A stretch of 64,000 nucleotides of DNA from Octopus sinensis (taxonomy: Eukaryota): NCBI RefSeq assembly GCF_006345805.1, contig NW_021833228.1:1-64000 (forward strand), in the 5' to 3' direction. The number at the start of each line of letters is the position of its first letter. The stretch's first letter is position 1. A program made the translations under genes and the position numbers. Shown piece after piece: positions 35,125 to 47,774 of this stretch. A model generated the notes under the pieces. The model saw only the letters and a list, made by a program, of their open reading frames with translations. It searched no databases and was not told where the DNA came from.

Positions 35125-37146
35125 ACACAAAGGAGTCATACCCAATGACTGGTGTAGCAGCATAATAGTCAACTGCTACAAAGGTAAAGGTGACGCCCTA
35201 GATACAAATAACTACAGAGGTATCAAGCTGTTGGATCAGGTGATGAAGGTTATGGAGAGGGTCATAGCCCAACTAATTAGAGAGAGAGTTAGTTTAGATG
35301 AGATGCAGTTTGGGTTCGAGCCAGGGAAAAGTACCACTGATGCTATATTCCTGGTAAGACAGCTGCAGGAGAAATACCTAGCCAAAGATAAGCCCCTGTA
35401 CCTGGCTTTTGTTGACATGGAGAAAGCCTTCGACAGGGTCCCCCGATCCCTTATCTGGTGGTCAATGAGGAAACTAGGGATAGATGAATGGTTAGTGAGA
35501 GTGGTGCGAGCCATGTACAGGGATGCTGTTAGTAAGGTGAGGGTTGGCAACGAGTACAGTGAAGAATTCCGGGTAGAGGTAGGGGTCCACCAAGGCTCAG
35601 TCCTCAGCCCCCTCCTATTTATCATAGTCCTCCAGGCAATAACAGAGGAATTCAAGAGAAGTTTCATGTGTGGAAACAAGGATTAGAATTGAAGGGCCTT
35701 ATAGTCAACCTAGCTAAAACCAAAGTCCAATTAAGTAGGAAGGTAGACAAATCACAAACGCCTTCAGGTAGATGGCCCTGCTCAATCTGTAGAAAAGGTG
35801 TAGGTAAAAATTCTATAAGATGTACCAAGTGTAAGCTATGGACACATAAGAGGTGCAGCAATGTCAAAGGAAGGCTAACTAGGAAGATGGTTTTTGTATG
35901 TGGCAGATGCTCAGGAGCAATAAACACTGAAAATGCTCAGAGACCAACTTCCGCCACATTCCAGGGAGAAAAACTAGAAATAGTTGATAGCTTCTGTTAC
36001 CTAGGTGACCAAGTCAGTAGCGGGGGCAGGTGTGTTGAAAGTGTAACTGCTAGAGTAAGAATAGCTTGGGCAAAGTTCAGAGAGCTCTTACCTCTGCTAG
36101 GGACAAAAGGCCTCTCGCTCAGAGTAAAAGGCAGACCGTATGACGCATGTGTACAAACAGCCATGCTACATGGTAGTGAAACATGGGCCGTGACTGCTGA
36201 GGATATGCGTAAGCTCGCAAGAAATGAAGCCAGTATGCTCTGGTGGATGTGTAATATCAGTGTTCATACTCGACAGATTGTAAGTACCTTGAGAGAAAAG
36301 TTTGACCTTAGACGCATCAGATGTCGTGTGCAAGAGGGACGATTGCGCTGGTATGGCCATGTGGCAAGAATGGATGAGGATAGCTGTGTGAAAAAGTGCC
36401 ACACCCTAGCAGTTGAGGGAACCTGTGGAAAAGGTAGACCCAGGAAGACCTGGGATGAGGTGGTGAAGCATGACCTTCAAACATTGGGCCTCACCGAGGC
36501 AATGACTAGTGACCGGGACCTCTGGAAATATGCTGTGCTTGATAAGACTTGGCAAGCCAATGAGACCATAACCTTGTGGCCTGTGCCAGGGGTGTAACCA
36601 GCCCTATTATGCGTACCTTCCCTTCATTGGAGACTAAACTCTGCTTGCGAAGACCTGTTGAGGCAAGTGAAATCAAAATCAAAATTGATGACTGGCATCC
36701 GTGTTAGTGGAGCGCTAAGAGTACCATACGAGTGAGATTGTTGCCACAGCAACAAGCTAGCTTCCATGCCGGTGGCATGTTAAAAACACTATTCGAGTGT
36801 GATTGTTACCATTGTCGCCTTATTGGTACTTGTGCTGGTGGCACGTGAAAAAACATTCGAGCGAGGTCCTTACCAGTGCCGCTGGACTGACTCCTGTGCA
36901 GGTGGCACATGAAAAGTACAATTTGAGTGTGGCCGTTGCCAGTACCACCTAACTGGCCCTAGTGCCGGTGGCATTAAAAGTACCCACTACACTCTCGGAG
37001 TGGTTGGCATCAGGAAGGTCATCCAGCTGTAGAAACTCTGCCAGAACAGGTTAGAGTCTTGCGTAGCCATCTGGTTCGCCAGTCCTTGGTCAAATTGTCC
37101 AACTCATGCTAGCATGGAAAGCAGACGTTAAACAATGATGATGATG
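35125..37146 (+). mobile_element. RTE (PHD family), RT to 3' tail, internal deletion removing YADD
   Basis: ORFs 35231-35686 and 35668-36597; PHD at ~35773-35910; (GAT)n tail. Confidence 0.9.
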
Positions 37147-37199
37147 AATATATACATGTATATGATATATACATACATATATATATATGTATATATATA

Positions 37200-37590
37200 T
37201 ACTCTTTTACTTGTTTCAGTCATTTGACTGCGGCCATGCTGGAACACCGCCTTTAGTCGAGCAAATCGACCCCGGGACTTATTCTTTGTTAGCCCAGTAC
37301 TTATTCTATCGGTCTCTTTTGCCGAACCGCTAAGTAACGGGGACATAAACACACCAGCATCGGTTGTCAAGCAATGCTAGGGGGACAAACACAGACACAC
37401 ACACACACATACATGTATATACATATATACGACGGGCTTCTTTCAGTTTCCGTCTACCAAATCCACTCACAAGGCTTTGGTCGGCCCGGGGCTATAGCAG
37501 AAGACACTTGCCCAAGGTGCCACGCAATGAGACTGAACCCGGAACCATGTGGTTGGTAAACAAGCTACTTACCACACAGACACTCCTACG
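37200..37590 (-). mobile_element. tRNA-derived SINE, full length
   Basis: Reverse complement of the 21995-22385 family. Confidence 0.85.
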
Positions 37591-37595
37591 CCTAC

Positions 37596-37631
<36 letters not shown>

Positions 37632-37664
37632 CTATGTATGTATGTATACACATATATACATAAA

Positions 37665-38082
37665 TCTATTATATGAAAGTAAATATAGACTCGAAAACTA
37701 CTGAACTGATCCTAATCAAATTTGGAACACAAAATCCAAGCATAGGGAGAAGGGTAATGCCATATGTTTCCTACAATAGTGAGGGGTTATACTGGAGGTG
37801 CAGAACCCCATGTGAAAATTCATATGCTTTAGATTTTGATGAAATTTGAACCATAGTTATTAGAAATATATTTTAAAATATACCAAAAATTTCTATTTCT
37901 TTGGATGACTCTAAGACACCCTAATGGGAACTTAAATCCCAAATTTTAGTCATTTTTCATGAACCAAAATTACTGAATGGATCCTTATGATATTTGGAAC
38001 TTAGATTCAGTGCATAAGGGTGGATATAATGCAGTATATTTGGTTTGAATTTGAGGGGAAAATTCATTAAATTTTCTCTGTT
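37665..38082 (+). mobile_element. Helitron-like 5' remnant (another family)
   Basis: A|TCtattatatgaaag...aaaactactgaactgatcc. Confidence 0.5.
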
Positions 38083-38225
38083 ACTCTTTTACTTGTTTCA
38101 GTCATTTAACTGTGGCCATACTGGAACACTCGACCCCAGACTTATTCTTTGGAACCGGTAAATTATGGGGATGTAAACACACCATCAGTTGTCAAGCGAT
38201 ATTGGAGGGGACAAACAGACACAAA
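38083..38225 (-). mobile_element. SINE 3' fragment
   Basis: tactcttttacttgtttcagtcattt matches the SINE tail. Confidence 0.7.
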
Positions 38226-38250
38226 AACATATACACACACATACATATAT

Positions 38251-41038
38251 ATCATCATCATCATCGTTTAACGTCCGTTTTCCATGCTAGCATGGGTTGG
38301 ATGGTTTGAGCGGGGTCTGGGAAGCCAAGAGGCTGCTCCAGGCTCCAGTCTGATTTGGCAGTCTTTCTACAGGTGGATGCCCTTCCTAACACCAACCACT
38401 CTGAGAGTGTAGTGGGTGCTACATATATATATATATATATCATCATATCATCGTTTAACGTCCGTTTTCCATGCTAGCATGGGTTGGACGGTTCGACCAG
38501 GGTCTGGGAAGCCAGGAGACTGCACCAGGCTCCAGTCTGATCTGGCAGTGTTTCTACAGCTGGATGCCCTTCCTAATGCCAACCACTCTGAGAGTGTAGT
38601 GGGTGCTTTTTACGTGCCACCGGTACAGGTGCCAGGGGAGGAGGCTGGCAATGGCCACGATCGGTTGGTGCTTTTTACATGCCACCGGCCCGGAAGCCAG
38701 TCGAGGCAGCACTGGCAACGGCCATGTTTGGATGGTGCCTTTTACGTGCCACCGGCACTGGTATCACAACTACAATTTCCAATGATTTTTGATCGATTTC
38801 GAATTCAATTTCACTTGCCTCAACAGGTCTTCACAAGCAGAGTTCTGTGTCCCAAGAAGGAGAATTATGCATAAGTGCACTGGCTACATCCCAGGTAAAG
38901 GCCACAGGCTATGGTCTCACGTGTCCTGCCGGGTCTTTTCACGCACAGCACACTTCCATAGGTCTTGGTCTCTAGTCATTTTCTTGGTGAGACCTAAAGT
39001 TCGAAGGTCGTGCTTCACCGCCTCGTCCCAGGTTTTCCTGGGTCTACCTCTTCCTCAGGTTCCCTCAACCGCTAGGGTGTGGCAATTTTTAACACAACTA
39101 TCTTCATCCATTCTTACTACATGTCCATACCAGCGTAGACACCTCTCTTGCACACCACATCTAATGCTTCTTAGGTCCAACTTTTCTCTCAAGGTACTTA
39201 CACTCTGTCGATTATGAACACTGACATTACACATCCATCGGAGCATACTGGCTTCATTTCTTGCGAGCTTACGCATATCCTCAGCAGTCACAGCCCATGT
39301 TTCACTACCATGTAGCATGGCTGTTCGTACACATGCGTCATACAGTCTGCCTTTTACTCTGAGCGAGAGGCCTTTTGTCCCTAGCAGAGGTAAGAGCTCT
39401 CTGAACTTTGCCCATGCTATTCTTACTCTAGCAGTTACACTTTCAACACACCTGCCCCCGCTACTGACTTGGTCACCTAGGTAACAGAAGCTATCAACTA
39501 TTTCTAGTTTTTCTCCCTGGAATGTGGCAGAAGTTGGTCTCTGAGCATTTTCAGTGTTTATTGCTCCTGAGCATCTGCCACATACAAAAACTATCTTCCT
39601 ACTCAGCCTTCCTTTGACATTGCTGCACCTCTTATGTGTCCATAGCTTACACTTGGTGCATCTTATAGAGTTTCTACCTACACCTTTTCTACAGATCGAG
39701 CAGGGCCATCTACCTGAAGGCGTTTGTGATTTGTCTACCTTGCTACTTATTACGACTTTGGTTTTAGCTAGATTGACTCTAAGGCCCTTCGATTCTAAAC
39801 CTTGCTTCCACACCTGAAACTTCTTCTCCAGTTCTGATAGTGACTCAGCAATTAGAGCAAGGTCATCAGCATAGAGGAGCTCCCAGGGGCATCCTGTCTT
39901 GAATTCCTCCGTTATTGCCTGGAGAACTATGATAAATAGGAGGGGGCTGAGGACAGAACCTCGGTGGACCCCTACCTCTACTCTGAATTCTTCAGTGTAC
40001 TCATTGCCAACCCTCACCTTACTGACAGCATCCCTGTACATGGCTTGCATGGTTCTCACTAACCATTCATCTATCCCTAGTTTCCTCATTGACCACCAGA
40101 TAAGGGATCGGGGGACCCTGTCGAAGGCTTTCTCCATGTCAACAAAAGCCAGGTACAGGGGCTTATCTTTGGCTAGGTATTTCTCCTGCAGCTGTCTTAC
40201 CAGGAATATAGCATCAGTGGTGCCTTTCCCTGGCACGAACCCAAACTGCATCTCATCTAAACTAACTCTCTCTCTAATTAGTTGGGCTATGACCCTCTCC
40301 ATAACCTTCATCACCTGATCCAACAGCTTGATACCTCTGTAATTATTTGTATCTAGGGTGTCACCTTTACCTTTGTAGCAGTTGACTATTATGCTGCTAC
40401 ACCATTGGGTATGACTCCTTTGTGTTTCACCTGGTGAACTATATGGGTGACTAGGCTATAACTGACACTACCAGATATTTTGAGCATCTCTGCAGTAATT
40501 CCTGATGGGCCTGGGGCTTTCCCTGTCTTCATACTTCTAATTGCCTTATCTTCCAAGGTACTGTCAACTCGGATAGCTGGTCCCTCTGTTGGGTCGACAT
40601 TCGGCAAACCCTCTTTCTCCGATTCATTTTCTTTATTGAGCAACCTTTCATAGTGACGTCTCCAAACCTCTCTCTTTGCATCCTCATTTAGCGCAAGTGA
40701 ACCATCATCCATGCAAACACATTTCTTTCCTACCACATCACCATTCTCTCTCACACACTGTCTGGTAACATGAAATACCTCAAGTCTTTGGTCCTCACGG
40801 CGCAGAACATTGGCAAATTTTTTCTTATCTGCTTCCCCTCTGGCTAAATACACCTGCCTCCTAGCTTCCCTTCTGGCAGTCTGATACAATTCCCTGGTAC
40901 CACCGTTCTTCCAGTCCTTCCAAGCCTGTCTCTTTTGTCTAAAAGCCCTGTCTACAACATTGTTCCACCACCACATTATTTTGGGTCGAGAGGGGACTTT
41001 GCACCAGCCACAGATCTGGTCAGAGGCTCTCAGCAGGT
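38251..41038 (-). mobile_element. RTE (PHD family), 5'-truncated, with an extra 3' fragment at 38251-38420
   Basis: ORF 39055-40323 with LLYADDL and complete PHD; ORF 40389-41117; two (CAT)n tails. Confidence 0.92.
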
Positions 41039-41039
41039 A

Positions 41040-41116
41040 TTTATATATATATATAATTTGTATATATTTGTATATATAATGTGTACACACATATATATAA
41101 TGCATATATATGTACA

Positions 41117-41151
<35 letters not shown>

Positions 41152-41628
41152 ATGTGTTCATTATATTTCTGCTTTTTATTTTTTATTGTTTACAGTTTTC
41201 CTTTTTTCTGAAAGAAATTTACAGCTGCATATAGCGCGTGTTTAGAACTTTCATTTGCATGGTCAATGGTCGAAAAATTCCCAAAATAAGTACTAAATTT
41301 AACAAAGAAATCCTTTTTCTCCTTATTTTTAACTGCTAAAATAGTGGCACATACAAAAGGCAAGTGTGCTTTCTGTTGTCACTGCCTGATGTTTATGATT
41401 GATCTTTCTCAACTTACGATCCTTTGTTGTTTATAAATGGGAGAGAGAGAAAGAGAGAGAAAGATAGAGAGTAAGAGAAAGCGAGGGAGAGTCCGAGGGA
41501 AATGAAGAGTAAGAGAGTGGGAAAGTGAGAGAGAAAGGAGAGAAACAAAGAGGGAGAATGTGGTGATAAGAAACAGAAAGTAACAACCACACCCTCACCC
41601 GTGCATAGAGCGGGTCACCTTAAGCTAG
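41040..41628 (+). mobile_element. Partial fourth copy of the trimer Helitron (3' part, lacks the RTE insert)
   Basis: acccgt-gcataga-gcgggt hairpin + CTAG at 41625-41628; (GA)-rich block as in units 1-3. Confidence 0.8.
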
Positions 41629-41639
41629 TCTATATATAT

Positions 41640-42200
41640 ATACATACAAGAAAAAAGCCCCCCCTCCCCCGACCAATGGACGGTGCTGAATCATATCTGC
41701 GGAATAAAAAGCAATCAGTGTTTTCTTTCCATTAAAAGATAATTAAGCATGCCTTTATTTCAATAAAATTTTTGGTTTTGTTAAACGAAATTAAGGCAAA
41801 AAAAAAAAACTTCTTGAGAAACCAAATAGTCTTTCCTTCCTTCATGCCAAGTTTGAAGAAAATATCTCTTTTGCATCTTATTTTTTTGGTCTCTTAAATA
41901 TACTGCATTTTGTGGACATTTATCAAGCCAGCCGGCTTTTTTTGCGCAAAATGTATATGCATTTTTCTCGCATACATGTAGTATCAATTGCAACATCTAA
42001 TGTACTTGCATGTATAAATGCATGTTCCCATGGCTTTATCAATTGCATTCTCAACTGGAATCGATTTTTGTAATTTTTTCAAGACTTATAAACGCCCTGA
42101 TACCATCGGTATCTACATATCAAATTTGAGCGCAATCAGTGGAGGATGCCCGAGATCTTAGAAGACACACAGACAGACAGAACAGATTTTATATAATAGA
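41640..42200 (-). mobile_element. Helitron-like element remnant
   Basis: Minus strand A|TCtattatataaaatctgttctgtctgtctgtgtg; 3' end not clear. Confidence 0.5.
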
Positions 42201-42419
42201 TATACACACACACATATATATATATACATACTTTAATGTCTGTATTATAGCGTCCCCATTTTTCAATTCAAACTGTTGCTGTAAACTACGAACAGAAAGA
42301 TGACTCACAGATAAGAATTCTTCTTTAAATTCATCCCGTTACCTACCTAGTAATATTTCTGCGCAATTGATTAACCTATAGTTATCTCTATTCTGTTTGA
42401 CTTTGACTCTGTCTATTTC

Positions 42420-42660
42420 AGCCTCACGTCTCGTGTTAAATATATATATAATTCTATAGTTCCTCTTATCGATGTCCAAGATAAAATTCAGCCTCACGTC
42501 TCCTGTTAAATATATATATAATTCTATGGTTCCTCTCAATTATCAATGTCTAAGATAAATCTGAGCCTCACGTCTCCTGTTAAATATATATATAATTCTA
42601 TGGTTCCTCTCAATTATCGATGTCTAAGATAAACTTAGCTCACGCATCTCCCCTAAATCT
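42420..42660. repeat. Minisatellite, ~70-75-bp unit, about 3.3 copies
   Basis: gcctcacgtctcctgttaaatatatatataattctat... at 42421, 42491, 42565. Confidence 0.9.
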
Positions 42661-42759
42661 TTAAAATATCTCTCTCTCAATTAGGTATTTTATACCTACT
42701 AATAAGTATTCCTTTTCTAAGAGATGAGAGGCGCCCCTTCATGGCTGCTAGTTTTCGCA

Positions 42760-43744
42760 GTGCCATCCGCCCTCCCACCCCCTCCACCTCTACAGGAAGT
42801 CCCAAATTTTCTCATCCTTTGTTGTCTCCCATGTACACTTCAAAGTTTTACGCCACCCCCACCCCCTGCTATAAAAGGTAGCGATCATACATTGCAAAAT
42901 ATGATAGTGTAGTGTACGCAGTTTGAACTTAAGTCTATTGTTTGTCTATGAATCCTGCCAAACGCGAGTTTTCTTTTCAGGTCCATGAAGCTACTGTCCC
43001 TCGTCCCAAGGTGCCTAGGGCCTATACCTCCTACACCCTCAGGGTTGGCACACTGAAAGGTAGGTCTGGCGAGATTGTTGAGTTGCTTGAACGGAGATGT
43101 GTTGATATATGTTGCATGCAAGAAGTGAGTTGGAGAGGAGGTTCTGCTAGGTTCCTCACAGGCAAAGAACACAGGTACAAGATTTTCTGGGCAGGGAACA
43201 CTGACGGGGTTGGTGGTGTGGGTATACTTATTGCTGAAAAATGGGTAGATAAGGTACTTGAGGTAATCAGAGTATGCGACAGAATACTTAAGATTAGATT
43301 AATACTTCACCATGGGTTAGCAACCATTATAATGGCCTATGCCCCTCAGCCGGGGCTACTCGATGGACAGAAAGACCGATTCTATGACACCCTACTGCAG
43401 ACTACGTCATCAACGAATGACAGGGACCTTCTCTTTGTGGCTGGGGACTTCAATGGGCATGTTGGATGACATGCTGAGGGCTTCCATGGCGTACATGGAG
43501 GCTATGGCTATGGTTCCCGCAACGAGGAGGGAACCAGGCTGCTGGAGTTCTGCGATCGAAATGATCTTATGGTTTGCAACACTAACTTCAGGAAACCTAC
43601 CAGCCACTTAGTCACCTACCGATCGGGCCGACATACTAGTCAAATTGACTACATCCTTGCCACAAAAAGGGAAGAAGATGCTGCTTATAAATGCCAAAAC
43701 CTTCCCAGGCGAAGAATGTACCCCACAACATAGACTGGTAGTTT
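42760..43744 (+). mobile_element. RTE (PHD family) 5' portion: 5' leader and APE only
   Basis: LRVGTL, QEV, AYAP, AGDFN, QIDY; leader aligns with 62045-62300 minus. Confidence 0.88.
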
Positions 43745-45506
43745 CATATTCAACCCTCCCAAACATGGCTACCATAATAGCTAGACTTAATAGTAAAAAC
43801 ATTAAGTTAGCCAGGAGTAGAATGAATAGTAACAACAAAAATCATCATCATCGTTTAACGTCCGCTTTCCATGCTAGCATGGGTTGGACGGTTCGACCGG
43901 AGATCTGGGAAACCAGAAGGCTGCACCAGGCTCCGGTCTTATCTGGCAATGTTTCTACAGCTGGATGCCCTTCCTAACACCAACCACTCCGTGAGTGTAG
44001 TGGGTGCTTTTTACGTGCCACCTGCACAGGTGCCAAGCGAGGCTGGCATCGGCCATGGTCGGATTGGTGCATTTTACGTGTCACCTGCACGGAAGCCAGT
44101 CGAGGCGGCACTGGCTTCGGCCACGATTCGGATGGTGCTTTTTACGTGCCACCGACACGGAAGCCAGTCGAGGCGGCGCTGGCATCGGCCACGATTCAGA
44201 TAGTGCTTTTTATGTATCTCCAGTCCAGGGGTCCTGGCATCTGCCAGGTGCCAGTCATAGGATTGGTTCAATTTTGATTCCGATTTCACTTGCCCCAACA
44301 GGTCTTCGCAAGCAAAGTGGGGTAGGCATAGGTGCCTGTCGTCGGATGAGGTTCGATATCAACTTCGCTTGCCTCAACAGTTCTTTGTGTGTCCAAGGGA
44401 GGAAAGGCATGCTGAGGGCTTCCATGGCGTACATGGAGGCTATGGCTATGGTTCCCGCAACGAGGAGGGAACCAGGCTGCTGGAGTTCTGCGATCGAAAT
44501 GATCTTATGGTTTGCAACACTAACTTCAGGAAACCTACCAGCCACTTAGTCACCTACCGATCGGGCCGACATACTAGTCAAATTGACTACATCCTTGCCA
44601 CAAAAAGGGAAAGATGGCTGCTTATAAATGCCAAAACCTTCCCAGGCGAAGAATGTACCCCACAACATAGACTGGTAGTTTCATATTCAACCCTCCCAAA
44701 CATGGCTACCATAATAGCTAGACTTAATAGTAAAAACATTAAGTTAGCCAGAGTAGAATGAATAGTAACAACAAAAATCATCATCATCGTTTAACGTCCG
44801 CTTTCCATGCTAGCATGGGTTGGACGGTTCGACCGGGATCTGGGAAACCAGAAGGCTGCACAGGCTCCGTCTTATCTGGCAATGTTTCTACAGCTGGATG
44901 CCCTTCCTAACACCAACCACTCCGTGAGTGTAGTGGGTGCTTTTTACGTGCCACCTGCACAGGTGCCAAGCGAGGCTGGCATCGGCCATGGTCGGATTGG
45001 TGCATTTTAGTGTCACCTGCACGGAAGCCAGTCGAGGCGGCACTGGCTTCGGCCACGATTCGGATGGTGCTTTTTACGTGCCACCGACACGGAAGCCAGT
45101 CGAGGCGGCGCTGGCATCGGCCACGATTCAGATAGTGCTTTTTATGTATCTCAGTCCAGGGGTCCTGGCATCTGCCAGGTGCCAGTCATAGGATTGGTTC
45201 AATTTTGATTCCGATTTCACTTGCCCCAACAGGTCTTCGCAAGCAAAGTGGGGTAGGCATAGGTGCCTGTCGTCGGATGAGGTTCGATATCAACTTCGCT
45301 TGCCTCAACAGGTCTTTGTGTGTCCAAGGGAGGAAAGGCATGCTGAGGGCTTCCATGGCGTACATGGAGGCTATGGCTATGGTTCCCGCAACGAGGAGGG
45401 AACCAGGCTGCTGGAGTTCTGCGATCGAAATGATCTTATGGTTTGCAACACTAACTTCAGGAAACCTACCAGCCACTTAGTCACCTACCGATCGGGCCGA
45501 CATACT
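43470..45506 (+). repeat. Tandem duplication of a ~935-bp composite block (about 2.2 copies)
   Basis: catgctgagggcttcc starts at 43470, 44408 and 45339. Confidence 0.9.
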
Positions 45507-46474
45507 GGGCTGGACTCACTTGTCCTGCCTGGTCTTTTCACGCACAGCATATTTCCAAAGGTCTCGGTCGCTGGTCATTTCCTCAGTGAGACCTAAAGTT
45601 CGAAGGTCATGCTTCACCACCTCGTCCCAAGTTTTCCTGGGTCTACCTCTTCAACGGGTTCCCTCCACTGTTAGGGATTGGCACTTTTTCACACACCTAT
45701 CTTCATCTATTCTCGCCACATGACCATACCAGCGCAATCGTCTCTCTTGCACACCACAACTGATGCTCCTTAGGTCCAACATTTCTCTCAGGGTACTAAC
45801 GATCTGTCGAGCATGCACACTGACATTACACATCCATTGGAGCATACTGGCTTCATTTCTTGCGAGCTTACGCATATCCTCAGCAGTCATGGCCCATGTT
45901 TCACTGCCATGTAGCATGGCTGTTCGTACACATGCATCATACAGTCTGCCTTTTACTCTGAGCGAGAGGCCTTTAGTCACCAGCAGAGGTAAGAGCTCCC
46001 TAAACTTTGCCCATGCTATTCTTACTCTAGCCGTTACACTTTCAGCACACCCACCCCCACTACTGACTGGTCACCAAGATAACGGAAGCTATCAACTACT
46101 TCTAGTTTTTCCCCCTGGAAAGTGACGGAAGTTGTTTTCTGCAGATTTTCAGAGGTTAATGCTCCCGAGCATCTGCCACATACAAAAACCATCTTCCTAG
46201 TTAGCCTTCCTATGACATTGCTGCACCTCTTATGTGTCCATAGCTTACACTTGGTGCATCTTATAGAGTTTCTACCTACACCTTTTCTACAGATCGAGCA
46301 GGGCCATCTACCTGAAGGCGTTTGTGATTTGTCTACCTTCCTCCTGATTACGACTTTGGTTTTAGCTAGATTGACTCTAAGGCCCTTCCATTCTAAACCT
46401 TGCTTCCACACCTGAAACTTCTTCTCCAGTTCTGATAGTGACTCAGCAATTAGAGCAAGGTCATCAGCATAGAG
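44779..46474 (-). mobile_element. 5'-truncated RTE (PHD family) inserted in PLE copy 2 with 6-bp TSD
   Basis: AAAAAT at 44773-44778 and 46475-46480; begins at YADD; (CAT)n tail; 3' part also present at 43843-44407. Confidence 0.88.
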
Positions 46475-47217
46475 AAAAATAATAGTAGTAATTGTAATAA
46501 TAGCATTAACAATAGAAATAATAACAATAATAATAATAATAATAACAATAATAATAACAACAACATTGATATAAATAGTGATAATAACAATACCAATAAT
46601 ATAGGTAGTATAGGTAAAAGTATGGTAGGTGGGAATGATGGTGACGATGGATTAATAAATAGTAACCCTAATTTGAATAACAACATGATCACTAATAATG
46701 AAAGTAATATTAATACTAATAATAATTTAAATAACAGTAATGTGAGTGAAATATCCTTAAATAATTCCAGAACTGAATACTATCCCCCCAGTTGTAATTG
46801 TAGGATTAGATCAAAATGTCCGGTATCTGGTTGTTGTTCAGTCCAAAACGTAATTTATAAATGCACGATAATAACTTCTAACAATAGCTTTCTTTATTTC
46901 GGATGTTCGGTGGATTTTAAAAAATGTCTTAACAATCATTTTTCCTCTTTTAGACTAAAACATAAAGCAGGTTGCACAACACTATCTAGCAAAATTTGGG
47001 AACTAAAAACAAATAATATAGAATTCAACCTAAAATGGGATATAGTTAGAAGGGCGAAACCTTTATAGAAATAGTAGGGAAGGTTGCCAACTTTGTTCTA
47101 TGGAAACTTATGAAATTTTAAAACATCGGAGTAATAAAAATCTGTTGAATAATTGTCTGGAGTTGGGATTATCTTGCATACATTCCACAACTCGAACGTT
47201 TAAATACTTTAGATAAA
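46475..47217 (+). pseudogene. Asn-rich linker + GIY-YIG endonuclease of PLE copy 2 (frameshift near 47062)
   Basis: Open frame from 46475 into ORF 46622-47068, then RNSREGCQLCSMETYEIL...SCIH in shifted frame. Confidence 0.85.
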
Positions 47218-47774
47218 AATTATGAGTATTCCTATATTTTTCAAATTTTAACTTTTTATTATAATAATAATAAGAAATATACTATACTAGCTTTCAATTT
47301 AACTTTCATAGATGACTAAAAAAACTTCACTGCAAACTTGAAATTGGGAGATTTTCTAAATCTAATCTAGTTTTAAAATTAATAAAGCTTTTCTCCCAGT
47401 TATAAAATACTATGTCTACTCATAAAAATAAGTAATAGGTTTTTCCCTACTCTCTGTAAAGGGGATTAATGACCATTTGACATTGACCTAGTTCCTCTCA
47501 CCAAATAGCAGTAATTGGCATTTTGTTAGTGGCAACTTGAATTCCTTTTATGGTATTCTGAAACCTCCCTTACCCTCATTCCTACAACTAAAAAATTCTT
47601 TATTACTTCTAATCTTATAGCAGTTAGATACAACCATAGTTTGGTCAGTTAGTGGCTGGACTTCACAACCTCATACGTTCTTAAACTTTAAATCTACATC
47701 TTTATCTGTATATCTACCTTCTCTAAAATGTTACTACTTGATTTGAAAGCTTTTGTATTATTGGAAAACCTATA

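Noticed and set aside
36620-36680. gcttgc-N14-gcaagt-gaaa hairpin in the RTE 3'UTR as hammerhead stem II
   Set aside because: No CUGANGA upstream in any copy.
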